From the NCBI RefSeq assembly GCF_006345805.1, contig NC_043022.1, forward strand, positions 22,134,001 to 22,198,000: DNA of 64,000 nucleotides. The letters are read 5' to 3'. How positions within the stretch are numbered: the stretch's first letter is position 1; the number at the start of each line of letters is the position of its first letter. Below the pieces are notes generated by a model. The model had not been told where the DNA came from. It made no database searches and was given only the letters and a program-made list of their open reading frames with translations. The DNA is from Octopus sinensis. Lineage: Eukaryota. The translations under genes and the position numbers were made by a program. Shown here one piece after another: positions 37,385 through 50,085 of this stretch.

Positions 37385-38092
37385 TAAGCAGTTGCTGTCT
37401 GAAAGAACCTATTCAACATTTGAAGGCAGTCTGCACTAATCCCAAGCCTCCTCCCCCTTTATCTCTTCTTAGGTAGAACCTGTCAATATCATTTTTGTGG
37501 AAGTTACTACTTGATGTCAGGATCTTGTGTATTTGAATGTATACATATTTTAATGTATACAGAATGGATTTCCTCTACAGACCAGTCAAGTATCCCAGAT
37601 ATTGGAATCGGCACTGGTACTGTCTTGTTGCAAGAGAAGAGTTCTGGTATAATATTCTTGGGGCACTGTCTTTATTCATAAACTGTCTTTATTCATAAAC
37701 ATTAACAGGTTTTGGAAGAGAGTGCTGCTTAAGGAGCTCACCGCCAACACATACTCTGTTGTTCTCTTCACTTTTCAGTGCTATGTTTATAAATTTATTT
37801 TGTTGCTAGTATTAAGCGGTTGCTGAGAGAACCTATACAAAATTTGAAGGCAGTCTACACTAATCTCCTTTTATCTCTTCTTAGGTAGAGCCTGTTAATA
37901 TCATTTCTGTGGAAGTTACTACTTGATGTCAGGATCTTGTGTATTTGAATGTATACATATTTTAATGTATACAGAATGGATTTCCTCTACAGACCAGTCA
38001 AGTATCCCAGATGTTGGAATCGACACTGGTACTGTCTTGTTGCAAGAGAAGAGTTCTGGTATAATATTCTTGGGGCACTGTCTTTATTCATA
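37385..38092 (+). repeat. ~290-bp direct duplication (37385-37680 and 37814-38092)
   Basis: Near-identical blocks ...gatgtcaggatcttgtg...ggggcactgtctttattcata. Confidence 0.85.
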
Positions 38093-39527
38093 GAACCTTC
38101 ATAAGGGGAGAGAAAGAGAGAGAGTGTGTGTGTTTTCTCACATTGCTGTCTGCTATAGCCTGAGATGACATAGTTGTTGAAATCTCTTCCTCAGTTTAGA
38201 AATGTGTCAGGCAAAGGCTTGACATACTTCTGAACAGACAAAGAAATGGAAGAAGCAAAAGATAAGAGATAAAAATAGGTTTGATGATTTAAGCTGTTGG
38301 TGGGAGAAAGAGAAACACAGACAGACAGACAGAGATTTATCACCTACAACTCTGTGTGTGTGTGTGTGTATGTGTGTGGGTGTGTATGTGTGTGCATGTG
38401 TGTGTGTATGTGAGTGTGTGTGAGTGAGTGTGTGTGTGTGTGAGTGAGTGTGTGTGTGAGTGAGTGAGAGTGTGTGTGTGTGTGAGTGTGTGTGTGAGTG
38501 TATGTGTATGTGTGTGGATGTATGCATGTGTGTGTGTATGTGTGTGTATGTGTGTGCGTGCATGTGTGAGTGTGTGTGTGAGTGAGAGTGTGTGTGTGTG
38601 TGAGTGTGTGTGTGTGTGTGCATGTGTGTGTGTGTGTGTGTGAGTGAGTGTATACACCCACACAAACACACACAAAGTTGTGTAGACAGAAGTTCATATG
38701 TTTAGATGACTTTATTATCCTCTAAGCAACAGCAAAAAGAACCTGAGGTTTCTGGGACTGCCCCTTTGTGTGTGGGTGTGTGTACATACATATGTGTGTG
38801 TGTGTGTGTGTGTGCCTGCATACACACATGTATGTATCTGTACATATATATGTACACACAGATACATACATGTATGTATGCAGGTGCACACACACATATA
38901 CACAGATACATACATGTATGTATGCAGGCGCACGCACACACACACACGCACGCACACGCACACACACACACACCACACACACACACACACACACGTATAA
39001 ATTGATAGAGGAGGGCGGGGAAGACCTGAGTATTATTCAGCAGCTGACTTTTTAAACAAAAACAAGGAAAAGTTGCCTTTGATAATAATGAGAACATTTC
39101 CCTCACACTTCCACATTCACTCTCTTATGACCTAATGTCTAACTACCAGCAAACCTACACATATCTTTTCATTTTTTTTTGTATCAGAATTTTCATCCTC
39201 TGCACCCAGATTGCAATTTGAGGGATATTTGGCTACTATGTCTAACTGCTTGAGCAACCACATATACAGTGCCTCATTGATCCTAATGTTTTATTCTACT
39301 GCTGTTGCTTAACTCCAAGCCAGCTCTGTCTGATAGAGCAGTCCTATGACCAAACGGAGCCTCAGATCAGCTCTGATTGAGCAAACCTTTAACCCTAATA
39401 CGCTGATTATCTGTCAAATGTAATGCTTAATCAATCATACTGCTTTTAAATTAATTATGCAATATCTTATAACTTTGAGATTTCAGTAATGCAGTCATTT
39501 TTTTAAAAATGACATTGTAGGGTTTAA

Positions 39528-39746
39528 CCCTTTAGTATTTAAACCGGCCATATCCGGCCAAAATAGTTAATCTGTTTTATGTTCAAACTGACCAGATCCA
39601 GGCTCTCACACCTACCCTACAATGTTATTCTACATTAGGTAATTACACCATCAAGATCTTGAAGATATGAAATAATGCATGATTAATTCAAATCAATGGG
39701 AATCAATAGGCATTATGTTTGATAGAATAATCTGAACACTAAAGGG
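39528..39746 (+). mobile_element. piggyBac-like MITE family 2; other copies at 32650-33123 (+, SINE-interrupted), ~25000-25291 (-) and ~55597-55750 (-)
   Basis: TTAA|CCCTTTAGYATTTAAACCGGCCATATCCGGCC ... TAAAGGG|TYAA. Confidence 0.75.
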
Positions 39747-39804
39747 TCAAACATAAAATAAGTAAAATGTTTGAGCCAGATATGGTTAGTTTAAATAATA
39801 AAGG

Positions 39805-40222
39805 GGATCTTTTCGGTTTGAACGGCAGTTTTTTCTAGCGGTGTCATATGAAATTGTCACCCATAATTATGACCCTAGTATCTATCTATTGCATTTCAAT
39901 CTCTTTTAGGGTTAGGGTTTGGGGTGGGGGAAGGGTATCTTTTTTTCTTCAGAAATGTAAATAAACCCAATCTGTTTCTTAAACGAGGGACATATTCATA
40001 CGGCACAGAATGTTGTTTACCTCAATGGACATCATTTATTGGTTGAAATTGCAGAAATTGAAGAAAAAAAACAACAAATATCTTACAAACTATAGAATTT
40101 TCTCAATAAAGCCAAGAGAAAAAAGATGTTTTATAAACACATTCTACCAGTGTATGAAGTTTAAAAGTGTTTAGTTACGTGGAAATTATATTAAAAAACT
40201 GCCGTTCAAACCGAAAAGATCC
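39805..40222 (+). mobile_element. Same TIR element with 20-bp direct duplication
   Basis: GTTAGTTTAAATAATAAAGG at 39785-39804 and 40223-40242. Confidence 0.9.
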
Positions 40223-40504
40223 GTTAGTTTAAATAATAAAGGGGTAATCTAAGGGAACTCCAGGTCAGTTTTGAATAAACATGCCTATGATCTGTCTACA
40301 CATTATCAAGTTTTGGTGAACTCAACTGGGATAGCAGTTTCTTATTTTAGACATCAATTTTAAGAGGAGAGGATTATTCAGTGTCATTGACCCCAGTAAT
40401 TGACAGGTGGCTTTAAAGGGTGAAATAATTCTTTCTAATACAAGTCCAAGGCTTGAAATTTTGAAGAAGGGGGTTAGTCAATTACATCATCCCCAGTGCT
40501 CTGC

Positions 40505-41048
40505 TGTTACGTTCTGAGTTCAAATTCTGCTGAGGTCAACTTTGCCTTTCATCCTTTCGGGGTCGATTAAATAAGTACCAGTTACGCATTGGAGTCAATG
40601 TAATCGACTTAATCCGTTTGTCTGTCTTTGTTTGTCTTCTCTGTAATTAGCCCCTTGTGGGTAGTAAAGAAATAGGTATTTCGTCTGCCGCTACGTTCTG
40701 AGTTCAAATTCCACCGAGGTCAACTTTGCCTTTCATCCTTTCGGGGTTGATTAAATAAGTACCAGTTACGCATTGGGGTCAATGTAATCGACTTAATCCA
40801 TTTGTCAGTCCTTGTTTGTCTTCTCTGTATTTAGCCCCTTGTGGGTAGTAAAGAAATAGGTATTTCGTCTGCCGCTACGTTCTGAGTTCAAATTCCACCG
40901 AGGTCGACTTTGCCTTTCATCCTCTCGGGGTCGATTAAATAAGTACCAGTTACGCATTGGGGTCAATGTAATCGACTTAATCCATTTGTCTGTCCTTGTT
41001 TGTCTTCTCTGTGTTTAGCCCCTTGTGGGTAGTAAAGAAATAGGTATT
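40505..41048 (+). repeat. Tandem array of SINE family B bodies, period 184 bp, 3 units
   Basis: Junction AAAGAAATAGG|TATTTCGTCTGCC at 40675, 40859 and 41043. Confidence 0.9.
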
Positions 41049-41763
41049 TATTTTATCAACCCTGAAAGGCTGAGAGGCAAACTTGATCATGGCAGAATTT
41101 GAACTTAGAACATAAAGACAGGCAAAATGCTACAAAACATTCTGCCTGGCATGTTAACAATTCTGCCAGCTCACCACCTTAATAATAACAATGATTTCAA
41201 ATTTTGGCACAGGGCCGGCAATTTCAAGGGATTAAACTAACTCCAGTGTTCAACTGGTACTTATTTTATCAAACCTGAAAGGATGAAAGGCAAAGATGAT
41301 CTCAGTGGAATTTGAACTCAACATAAAGACAGGTGAAATATCATTAACTACTGCTGATGAACATTTCTTGTCTGCTACTGATACCCCTGTGATTTTATGC
41401 ACCTGATCTCTGAGAGACTTTCTTGGGGCTAGTACTGCAGTATTAGGCACTCCTATAATACACCCACATTAAGTCGGATATAAAGGTTGCTTTTCAGTAA
41501 TAATGTTACATCATCGCTAATGGCTAATAATTATTATTGTTTCTAATTTAAGCATAAGGTCAACAATTCTAAGGGGAGGGATAATCAATTAAATTCATTC
41601 CAGTACTTGATATGTACTTTTATCTACTCCCCATAAAGGATTTGAACTCAGAATGCAACGAGCTGAAAGAAATATCGCTAAGCATTTTATTCATAATGTT
41701 GTTGTGTAGGTGTCCAAGTCAACCCTGACTATTCCAGGAGCCCTATAATCAAAAGGCATTTAA

Positions 41764-41970
41764 CCCTTTCGTTACCGTATTTATTTTGAGATGCTCTGTG
41801 TTTCTTTCAATTACTTTAAATATAACAAAGAATTTAGTTAACATTCAGCTAGTGTTGGGAACATAAATTGTGACAAAGGTTTGGTGGAAGATTTTAATTC
41901 AAAACTTATGAAAACAAGACATTTGTACTCAGTGCCAGAGCCGGTTTCAGCCAGGTTGGTATCGAAAGGG
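41764..41970 (+). mobile_element. piggyBac-like MITE
   Basis: TTAA|CCCTTTCGTTACC ... GGTATCGAAAGGG|TTAA. Confidence 0.85.
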
Positions 41971-44241
41971 TTAAGCCACGAACATCCTATAGCTTTAAGC
42001 ATAGAATATCTTGGACTACATCATCCAATGTATCCTTCCTATTTTAGGAAGGATAAGCTTAAGGAGATTTGGCTGTTATTTCTAATAGGTTAAAGAACCC
42101 TATAGAGGCTCACCTGTAATAAAAGTGATAAGCGGTGATGAGGATGGTGGTGGTGATGACAGTGGCAATGATAATAGTGGTAATAACAGAGGTGATTATA
42201 TGAAGTGCAAACAATAACATTAATCTTTGCAATTTAGGTTAAAAATAAACTGTTAACACTTGAATAATTTATAAATAGCAAAATATTTTACTGCCTAATA
42301 TCAGTTTGACAAATTAACAATGAAATAATGTTAAATTATCCCTTTAATTACTGTAAACGGTACCAATTGAGATTAACTTCAGTTTAATTCTGACATTTAA
42401 CAATAAGTATTAATCTCATTAAAGATGACCTGTAATTAAATTTAATCTTTGATAAATGAAAGAATTCGCAATAGCCAAGGGGTGAAAATGAACCTGATTC
42501 TTTTTGTGGCCGTAACAATATTGGGATTAACTGCACAAGATGAAGAGGCATAGCTTGTAAACTGCACTAAGCCCCATCTGTAGCAGTGAGTACATGTTCA
42601 CTAACTCTCAAATACATCTACAGCACTACTTTAACACCATCCTAACAACACTACTATAAACAGTCCAAATACATCTATAACACTCCAGAACACTAGCAGA
42701 ACACTATCCCTGCCACTCAGTCCAGTCACATACTCAACAACTCTGAGAGCACTACTATACCATTTTAACAACACTATCTCCTCTTACTCAGTTGAGACAC
42801 ATCCACAACAACCCTAATAAATTCTATATCTCCCTTGCAATTCAGACACCTGCAACACCCCTGAACAAGACATGCACAACACCATTCTCATACCACTATC
42901 TGATGCTGGTATCATGTAACCAGCACCCATGCAGGTGACATATAAAAACCACCTTTCAAGCATCGAGTCTTATGGAGACAAAGTGGTTGAGATCCTTTCA
43001 AGTGTTGCCTCACAGAGGCCTTTGGCATTATGTTGTGCTTGAGAAGTAATATCGTAGTCGTGGCAGATACTGGTGTCACACAAATGGCACCTGTACCAGT
43101 TGCACATAAAAGTATCTTTCAAGATTTGTACCTCATAGAGGCAAGGACCGAGACCATTTGGCATTATGCTGTGCTTCAGGGCAAAAACAGAGTCTATTTG
43201 GCATTATGCTATGCTCAAGAAGAAGACCCATCAAGCCAAGCAAAACCACAGTTGTGGCAGATAACGGTGTCATGCAAATGGCACCCGTGCCAGTGGCACG
43301 TAAAAACACCATTTACACTCTTGAAGTGGTTGGCATTAGGAAGTGCATCCAGCGATAGAAACCACACCAGAACAGATTAGAGTCTGGTGAGCCTTCCAGC
43401 TTGCTGGCCCTGGTCAAACAATCCAACCCATGCCAGCATGGACAACAGACGTTAAATGATGATAATGACGATGATGATCAACATAGAACCCAAGATGCAA
43501 AGATATCTTAGTTTTGCTGGGTTCAAGACAACCTTCTTAGTGTTGGTGTTATGATAAAATGCACCGAGCATACTTTCTATTGTCAAGTGGAGAAAATTTA
43601 GAGTCAAGAACACAAGAAGACAACATGCATATCAAAGATTGCAAGGAGTAGCATTTAAAGGTAGATTTCTTGATAGAAAAAATTCTTTCAAAATCTCTCT
43701 TTCTCCTGCTATGTGTTTCAGTCTACTAACCAGGTCAGTGAACTTCATTATACCTATTCTCACAGGTATATTTTTATACCTGTGATAGTAGGTATCAGTT
43801 AAGTTTCTAAAGCCATAGCTTTACAAGCTAAGGTTTTAAAAACGTTCGTTTGAAACCATTGAATCTTTTTCTCTATTTCACTGTGACCTATTTCACACAA
43901 GTATTTGTAGAAAGAATGAAAAATTATTGCGACCTAGTTCAAGGTGACATAAAGTTATATTTATACAACTGTGTATTTGGTAAAAACTTTTCTGTCTGTT
44001 TCATCATTATTATTTCAACTTCTACTTTTTTGTGCTTGTGTGGGTATGATTGAGTATACTGAGACAGATTTTCTATGCCCAGATGCCCCTCCTGTTGCTG
44101 ACCATTATCTTGTACCAAGTAAGGTCATATTTCCTTCCCCATGGCCCAACATGTTTTTGCAGAATATTGGGAATGAATGACACTCTTTGTATGACAGTGA
44201 CACTCAATTTACAACTGTCGTGTCGTCAAGACAAGCAAACA

Positions 44242-44279
<38 letters not shown>

Positions 44280-44882
44280 CAAGCACATATATGATAGTCT
44301 TTTTTCAGCTTCTATCTACCAGATCTACTCACAGGACTTCGGTCAGTGATGGACTATAGTGCCACACAGTGGGACTGAACCCAAAACCATATGGTTTGGA
44401 AGCAGATCTTTTTAACCACACAGCCATGCCTGTGCCTATTTGTGTAAAATATAAATCTGATTTATATTTTGAAATGGACAAGAGAAGCTATAATTTAGTA
44501 CAGTTTTCGTGTAGGTTGTGCAGCCACATAGTTCTGGATTCAGCTCCACTAGTAAGACACTTTGAGCAAATCTAAAGGTTAGCTATTTTAAGTGGAATTT
44601 TTCGTGGACTGAATCTGAATGTAGATGATTTAGCACAGCCAACTGGACATTCAACTTTTTTAGTGACAGTAGCTTTTTTGCACTGGAGGCAAACAGTCTC
44701 ACATACAGGAGTGGTTGAGTGGTAAGTAGCTTGCTTACAAACCACATGGTTCCAGGTTCAGTCCCACTGCGTGGCACCTTGGGCAAGTGTCTTCTGCTAT
44801 AGCCTCGGGCCGACCAAAGCCTTGTGAGTGGATTTGGTAGAGAGAAACTGAAAGAAGCACGTCGTGTGTGTGTGTGTGTGTG

Positions 44883-44917
<35 letters not shown>

Positions 44918-45737
44918 CATACATGTACGTGTGTGTATATGTTTGTGTGTCTATGTTTGTCCCCCCAACATCGCTTGACAACCGATGCTGGTGTGTTTAC
45001 ATCCTCGTAACTTAGCGGTTCGGTAAAAAAGTGACCGACAGAATAAATACTAGGCTTACAAAGAATAAGTCCTGGGGTCGATTTGCTCGACTAAAGGCAG
45101 TACTCCAGCATGGCCACAGTCAAATGACTGAAACAAGTAAAAGAGTATATCAAACTATGTATATGTTTGTGTGTATGTATATATGTATACATACATATAT
45201 ACACACACAAGCATACATATACATAGACATGTGCATATACTAAGGGCTACATGTGTGTGTGTATGTGTGTGGGCATACTTAAAATCCTTAAAAATGTTTC
45301 AGCCCGAAGACTGCGGCCATGCTGGGGCACCACTGCTGAATGAGCTACACTAATATGTGAATCCACCTCTGATACGTGGCACTTGGTTAACAAGGGAGTT
45401 CAATGCCACTGGCCGCATCTGTGTCTCCTGCCGTGAGGTAGGTTCATCTGGGACCCCCCGACAAGAAGAGATATTGGTGAGATGATAAACATGTTAGTAA
45501 GAAACTTGCTGATAAATAGGTGTAGTAAACAGAAACACTTTGCATTACTTATTCTTCCAATGTTTCAAAGACACACGTCATTCCCTTGGTGCTCTTACCA
45601 TCAAAAATGCAACAAATCAGCAGAGACAAGCATCCATTTAATTTTGTACAAAAATAACACAATAGATTCACAAATACACAACAAAATAATTTTAATTTTA
45701 ATAATTATCGAAATCAAAATCGATCAACATCAATGGA

Positions 45738-46136
45738 AATTGCAGCTGTGATACCAGTGCCGGTGGCATGTAAGCGAACCATCCGAACATGGCCGTTGCC
45801 AGCGCCGCCCCGACGGGCCTCCATGCCAGTGGCACGTAAAAAGCACCATCCAATCATGGCCGTTGCCAGCCTCGCCTGGCACCTGTGCCGGTGGCACATA
45901 AAAAGCACCATCCGACCGTGGCCTTTTGCCAGCCCCGTCTGGCACCTGTGCCGGTGACATGTAAAAAGCACCCACTACACTCACAGAGTGGTTGGCGTTA
46001 GGAAGGGCATCCAGCCATAGAAACATTGCCAGATCAAACTGGGCCTGGTGCAGCTGTCTGGCTTCCCAGACCCCAGTTGAATCGTGCAACCCATGCTAGC
46101 ATGGAAAGCGGACGCTAAATGATGATGATGATGATG
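45738..46136 (+). mobile_element. SINE-like family D ((GAT)n tail, GGCGTTAGGAAGGGCATCCAGC body, upstream ~58-bp tandem units); representative copy
   Basis: Other copies or fragments at 1985-2228(-), 9590-9830, 10808-11045(-), 15710-15850, 17262-17432, 17490-17690(-), 31915-32033, 32770-33018, 42905-43475, 47328-47515(-), 57725-57891, 58437-58806, 63382-63540(-). Confidence 0.85.
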
Positions 46137-46587
46137 AATTTTGCTTCCTTTAATTTTGTACAAAAACAACACTATAGATTCACAAATACACAACAAAATA
46201 ATTTCAATTTTAATAATTTTGCTTCCTCTATCTCCAATGTCACCACAAACATGCAGTTACAACAAGAATACAACATGGGTTTCCATCATTGTTACCAAAC
46301 ACCAGCACACAGGCTACTGGCTGATGACAATAGAAAAGTTGAAACAATTCTTTTCCTCAAGACAGTAAAGAACACACCAAAAGACATAAATAAATAAATG
46401 AAATAAATCCGGAAACAGTATTTGGTAAAAACCTGAAAACTAATAAACCAAAATGTGGGTAATGTCTAAAACAACTAGTGCAGGTTGGTTTCTACAAATA
46501 ATGTTCAGTGACAAAATAAAAAAGGAAGGAAAAGAGCAAAGAGAAGTGCTGGGTAATGTTTGTCTGGGGTCTGTGAGTAAAACTTAC

Positions 46588-46614
46588 CAAAATCTCATCA
46601 TATTGTTTAGAGAA
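46588..46614 (-). CDS. Candidate 27-nt microexon of the myosin-18 gene (FSKQYDEIL)
   Basis: Minus strand ataactttttcag|TTCTCTAAACAATATGATGAGATTTTG|gtaagt: 9 codons, no stop in phase 0, consistent with the upstream phase-0 donor. Confidence 0.5.
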
Positions 46615-48973
46615 CTGAAAAAGTTATAATTTTTTTTTAAATAACAAAAAACTTTTTTTTACAGTCTATGTTTATGTATATAAAATTTTTTAAAAGAAAA
46701 TATTTAATTTACAGAAATATTTGAGGATTAATTTATTTTAAAAGACAACAATAACAGTAACAGCATAAAACAGCTTCTTGTCCCTTCTGTGTGATATTCA
46801 TTTAACTTGTGTATGTGTGTATATGTATTTAAGTCATTCAAAGATACCAAATATGAACTAACGGCAAGAGCAACAACTACATAGATCTATATGTGTAAAT
46901 GCATGGTTCTTTGAGATCGGAATTTTGCATTGCAGAATTCAAGTTGGTCACCAGCAAAATGGCAAAGCTGATTATGCTTATATCAAGAGAGTTCTTGCAG
47001 GGTTTGTGGTTATCTGAATTGGTTGGTGTGTGTGTGTGAGTGAGAGAGAAAGAGAGAGAGAGAGAGCGCATGTCACATTAGAATACATGTGAACATTCTC
47101 TGCTACTGTTTATGTCTGTGTATTCTATATATGTATATATATATTGGTAAAAACGCTAAGATAACAAAAGAAAGAAAGAGACCTCAATATTATGTAAATA
47201 AAGGAAATTTATATATATATATATGTGCGTGTGTGTGTGTGTTTGTGAGAGAGAGAGTGTGAGAGAGAGCGCATGTCACATTAGAATACATGTGAACATG
47301 CTCTGCTACTGTTTATGTCTGTGTGTATCATCATCATCATCTTCGTTTAACGTCCGCTTTCCATGCTAGCATTCGTTGGACGGTTTTGACTGAGGGCTGG
47401 CAACCAGATGGCTGCACCAGGCTCCAGTCTTGATCTGGCAGAGTTTCTACAGCTGGATGCCCTTCCTAACACCAATCACTCCGAGAGTGTAGTGGGTGCT
47501 TTTATGTGCCACCTGCACGGATATGTGTGTTCTGTATATGTATATGTGATTGTGTGCATATGTTCACTCAGGGACCTCAACTGGAAAGCCCTGAAATGTT
47601 TTACAAATTTTTGTTGTACCTCTACTCAAATATATTTGGAGAATGTGAATCAGTCTGCTTTTTTGGAGATGGGGGACCCTAAACACTTCTCTTGTTACAC
47701 AGCCAAGTGCATCTGTGAATATCTTTTATCTTTGTTTCATCACTGGACTGCAGCCATACCTTGAAGGTGACACCAGTACTTTTTCTAAAAGCCTGGTACT
47801 AATTCTATCAATCTCTGTTGACGAACTGCTAGATTATGGAATGTGAACAAACCAACACTGGTTGCAAAGCATTGGTGGATTACAAACACAAATACACAAT
47901 GGACTTCTTTCAGTTTCCATCTACTAAATCCACTAACAAGTTTGGTCAGCTGATGGTGATAATAGAAGACACTTTCCCAAGGTGCCACACAGTGGGATTG
48001 AACTTGAGACTATGTGGATGGGAAGCAAACCTCTTACCAGAGAGCCATGCCTGGAACAAATGTAAATCTATACCATGGATATAAGAGCTGTAGGTTTCTC
48101 ATTAATTGTCCAGAGATGTTCTTTATTTTTGATGCATGTGTATACACACATATGCATGCATGTGTATATATATTTCTTTGTTGCTTGTAGATGTGTGTAA
48201 GTATATCAATATGAATGCATATTTGTTTGCATTGCATGTTTGTATTGTCGGCATATATGTGCATGCTTGTATATGTATGTGCATACATGTTAAGAAGGCA
48301 ATGAGCACAAAAAAGGCAACATGGGAGAGACAATATGTACATGCATAAAACTTTAAATTTATCAAATAAAAATTAATCTAATTATTGAGGAGACAGAAAG
48401 AAAGGCAGAAAGAAAGGAAGATGAACAGAGAAAGACAGATGGACAGAAAGTTTGACTAGAAATCTTCACAATTTTTAATATATACATTTCTAATATCAAT
48501 TTTAGATCCGTCTGTCTATCTGTCTGGATGTTTGTCAATTTATATATCTAATTGTATTTTTCAACATTAGGAAACACTGTCACCTATTAACTCCATTCCA
48601 ATCCAATCCCAGCCTTGAGAATGCTGTCTCCATGTCTCAACTTAAACTAGAAGATTCTATGACAGAATTAAAAAAAAAAAAAAAAGGAAATTAAGGGACT
48701 CAAAAGTTATCCAGTCAAGATGAAAAGAAATAAATTTGGAGCTTTTCTTTTTTAAAATAAAAGGGACCTTTTCATATTGAAACCCATGCCTATTTGGTCA
48801 ACATTGAAAAGGGACAGATGTTTGACATGAAGGATTAACCAATTTCATTGGTCTCTGAGAGTCTACTAAGCTCATGAGCAAGGCTCCTTACTCCATAGCA
48901 AAAAGGAAAATGAAAAGCTTTATAAAACACTATGGATTAAACTGAAAGTAAGCATAAATAGAAGAAAACTTAC

Positions 48974-49497
48974 CGTTTTCTTGTAACGGACACTGCCACT
49001 CCTTTTAAGTGTACCTCCTTTCACAACATCAGCTTGGACTTCAATTTTAACTCCATCAGCAGCAGTACGAACACTAAGTTCCAAAAGTTCTGGAACTGGT
49101 TGAACCTTCAATACAACAGTGTCTGAAGATGTACGAATCAATTCAATTATTTCCTCTCTCTTGGCCTTCTCCACATTTTTATCATTAACTTCAATCAGAC
49201 GGTCTCCGGGCAGTAAACCGGTCTCAGTAGCTTTTGGTCCCGTGCCAGGTTCTGCAAAGATCACAGTTTGCTTTGAACCAAAGCAATCTGTGTTAGTTCG
49301 TTGCATGATGACTCCTTTACGAAGAGAGAAACCAAAATCACCTCCAGGTTGCCGCCGCAGGGTTAGGGTCCGGATACGTCCAGGCCGGGGAGGAATTATG
49401 GAAGGTAAGTGAAGATCAAAATCGAATGTCTTTTCGGCAGGGCTCAAAGGAACGGGTCCAGGTGTTTCTTCTGGTGGTGAGGTCATTTTTGGGTGTT
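48974..49497 (-). CDS. MYO18A: Coding exon of unconventional myosin-18 (MYO18A-like), N-terminal PDZ domain
   Basis: Translation contains RRQPGGDFGFSLRKG...VIFAEPGTG...GLLPGDRLIEVN..NVE..KREEIIELIR.S.DTVVLKVQPVPELLELS, matching the MYO18A PDZ as I recall it (GDFGFSLRR..HFAEPGAG..GLVPGDRLVEING..LKVQPIPELSEL). Acceptor ttttcttattttatcatag ends at 49498 (phase 1). Donor ACG|GTAAGT at 48973 (phase 0). Confidence 0.92.
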
Positions 49498-49934
49498 CTA
49501 TGATAAAATAAGAAAATACAAAACTCAGTCAATACTCTCTCTCTTTTTTTTTTTTCTTTTTTTTTTTTACAGTGTTTAAAACATCTCCATATTGGTTGTG
49601 CTGTTTGCAAATAATAAATTCTGAAATTTATTAGGATTCAATAGTCATGCTATATTCCAAAATATTCCCCAAGATGAACAAATATTTTATTACCTCTGTG
49701 AACAATGAAATATTAAGCTACATAGTACAATGTGAAAAGATGACACAGAAAGCAGCAGCCATCTGCAAATACATCATGTGACAATTCAGACACTCCACCC
49801 CATTCTATATATTACAACAAGATATACAATTTGCCTTGTCCTGCACTGTAATTCTTTTTCCCTGACACTGTTTACTAAAGTGAAACTAACTTTATCAAAT
49901 CAGATGGAGAGAGAAATAACTTCAAAACTATCCA

Positions 49935-50085
49935 TAAGTACCAATATTGACTAGGTATACTAATATTGATTAGATATACCAATCAATGATACCAATAATG
50001 ATTGCAAATATCAATACTGATTAGGGATACCAATATTATTACAAATACAAGTATTGATTAGACACATCAATATTGTTTAGAAACC
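49935..50085 (+). repeat. Degenerate ~19-20-bp minisatellite (ACCAATATTGATTAG-like)
   Basis: About 7 imperfect units visible. Confidence 0.6.

Noticed and set aside
40505-41048. Regular repeats superficially like a CRISPR array
   Set aside because: Units are full 184-bp SINE bodies with no unique spacers and no cas genes, in a eukaryotic context.
1-48900. Myosin motor-domain exons
   Set aside because: I found no segment resembling the MYO18 motor N-terminus. These exons probably lie beyond the left edge, though short exons could have been missed by eye.
48920-48973. C-terminal tail VSFLLFMLTFSLIHSVL of the PDZ ORF
   Set aside because: Lies beyond a consensus GTAAGT donor, so it is intron read-through.
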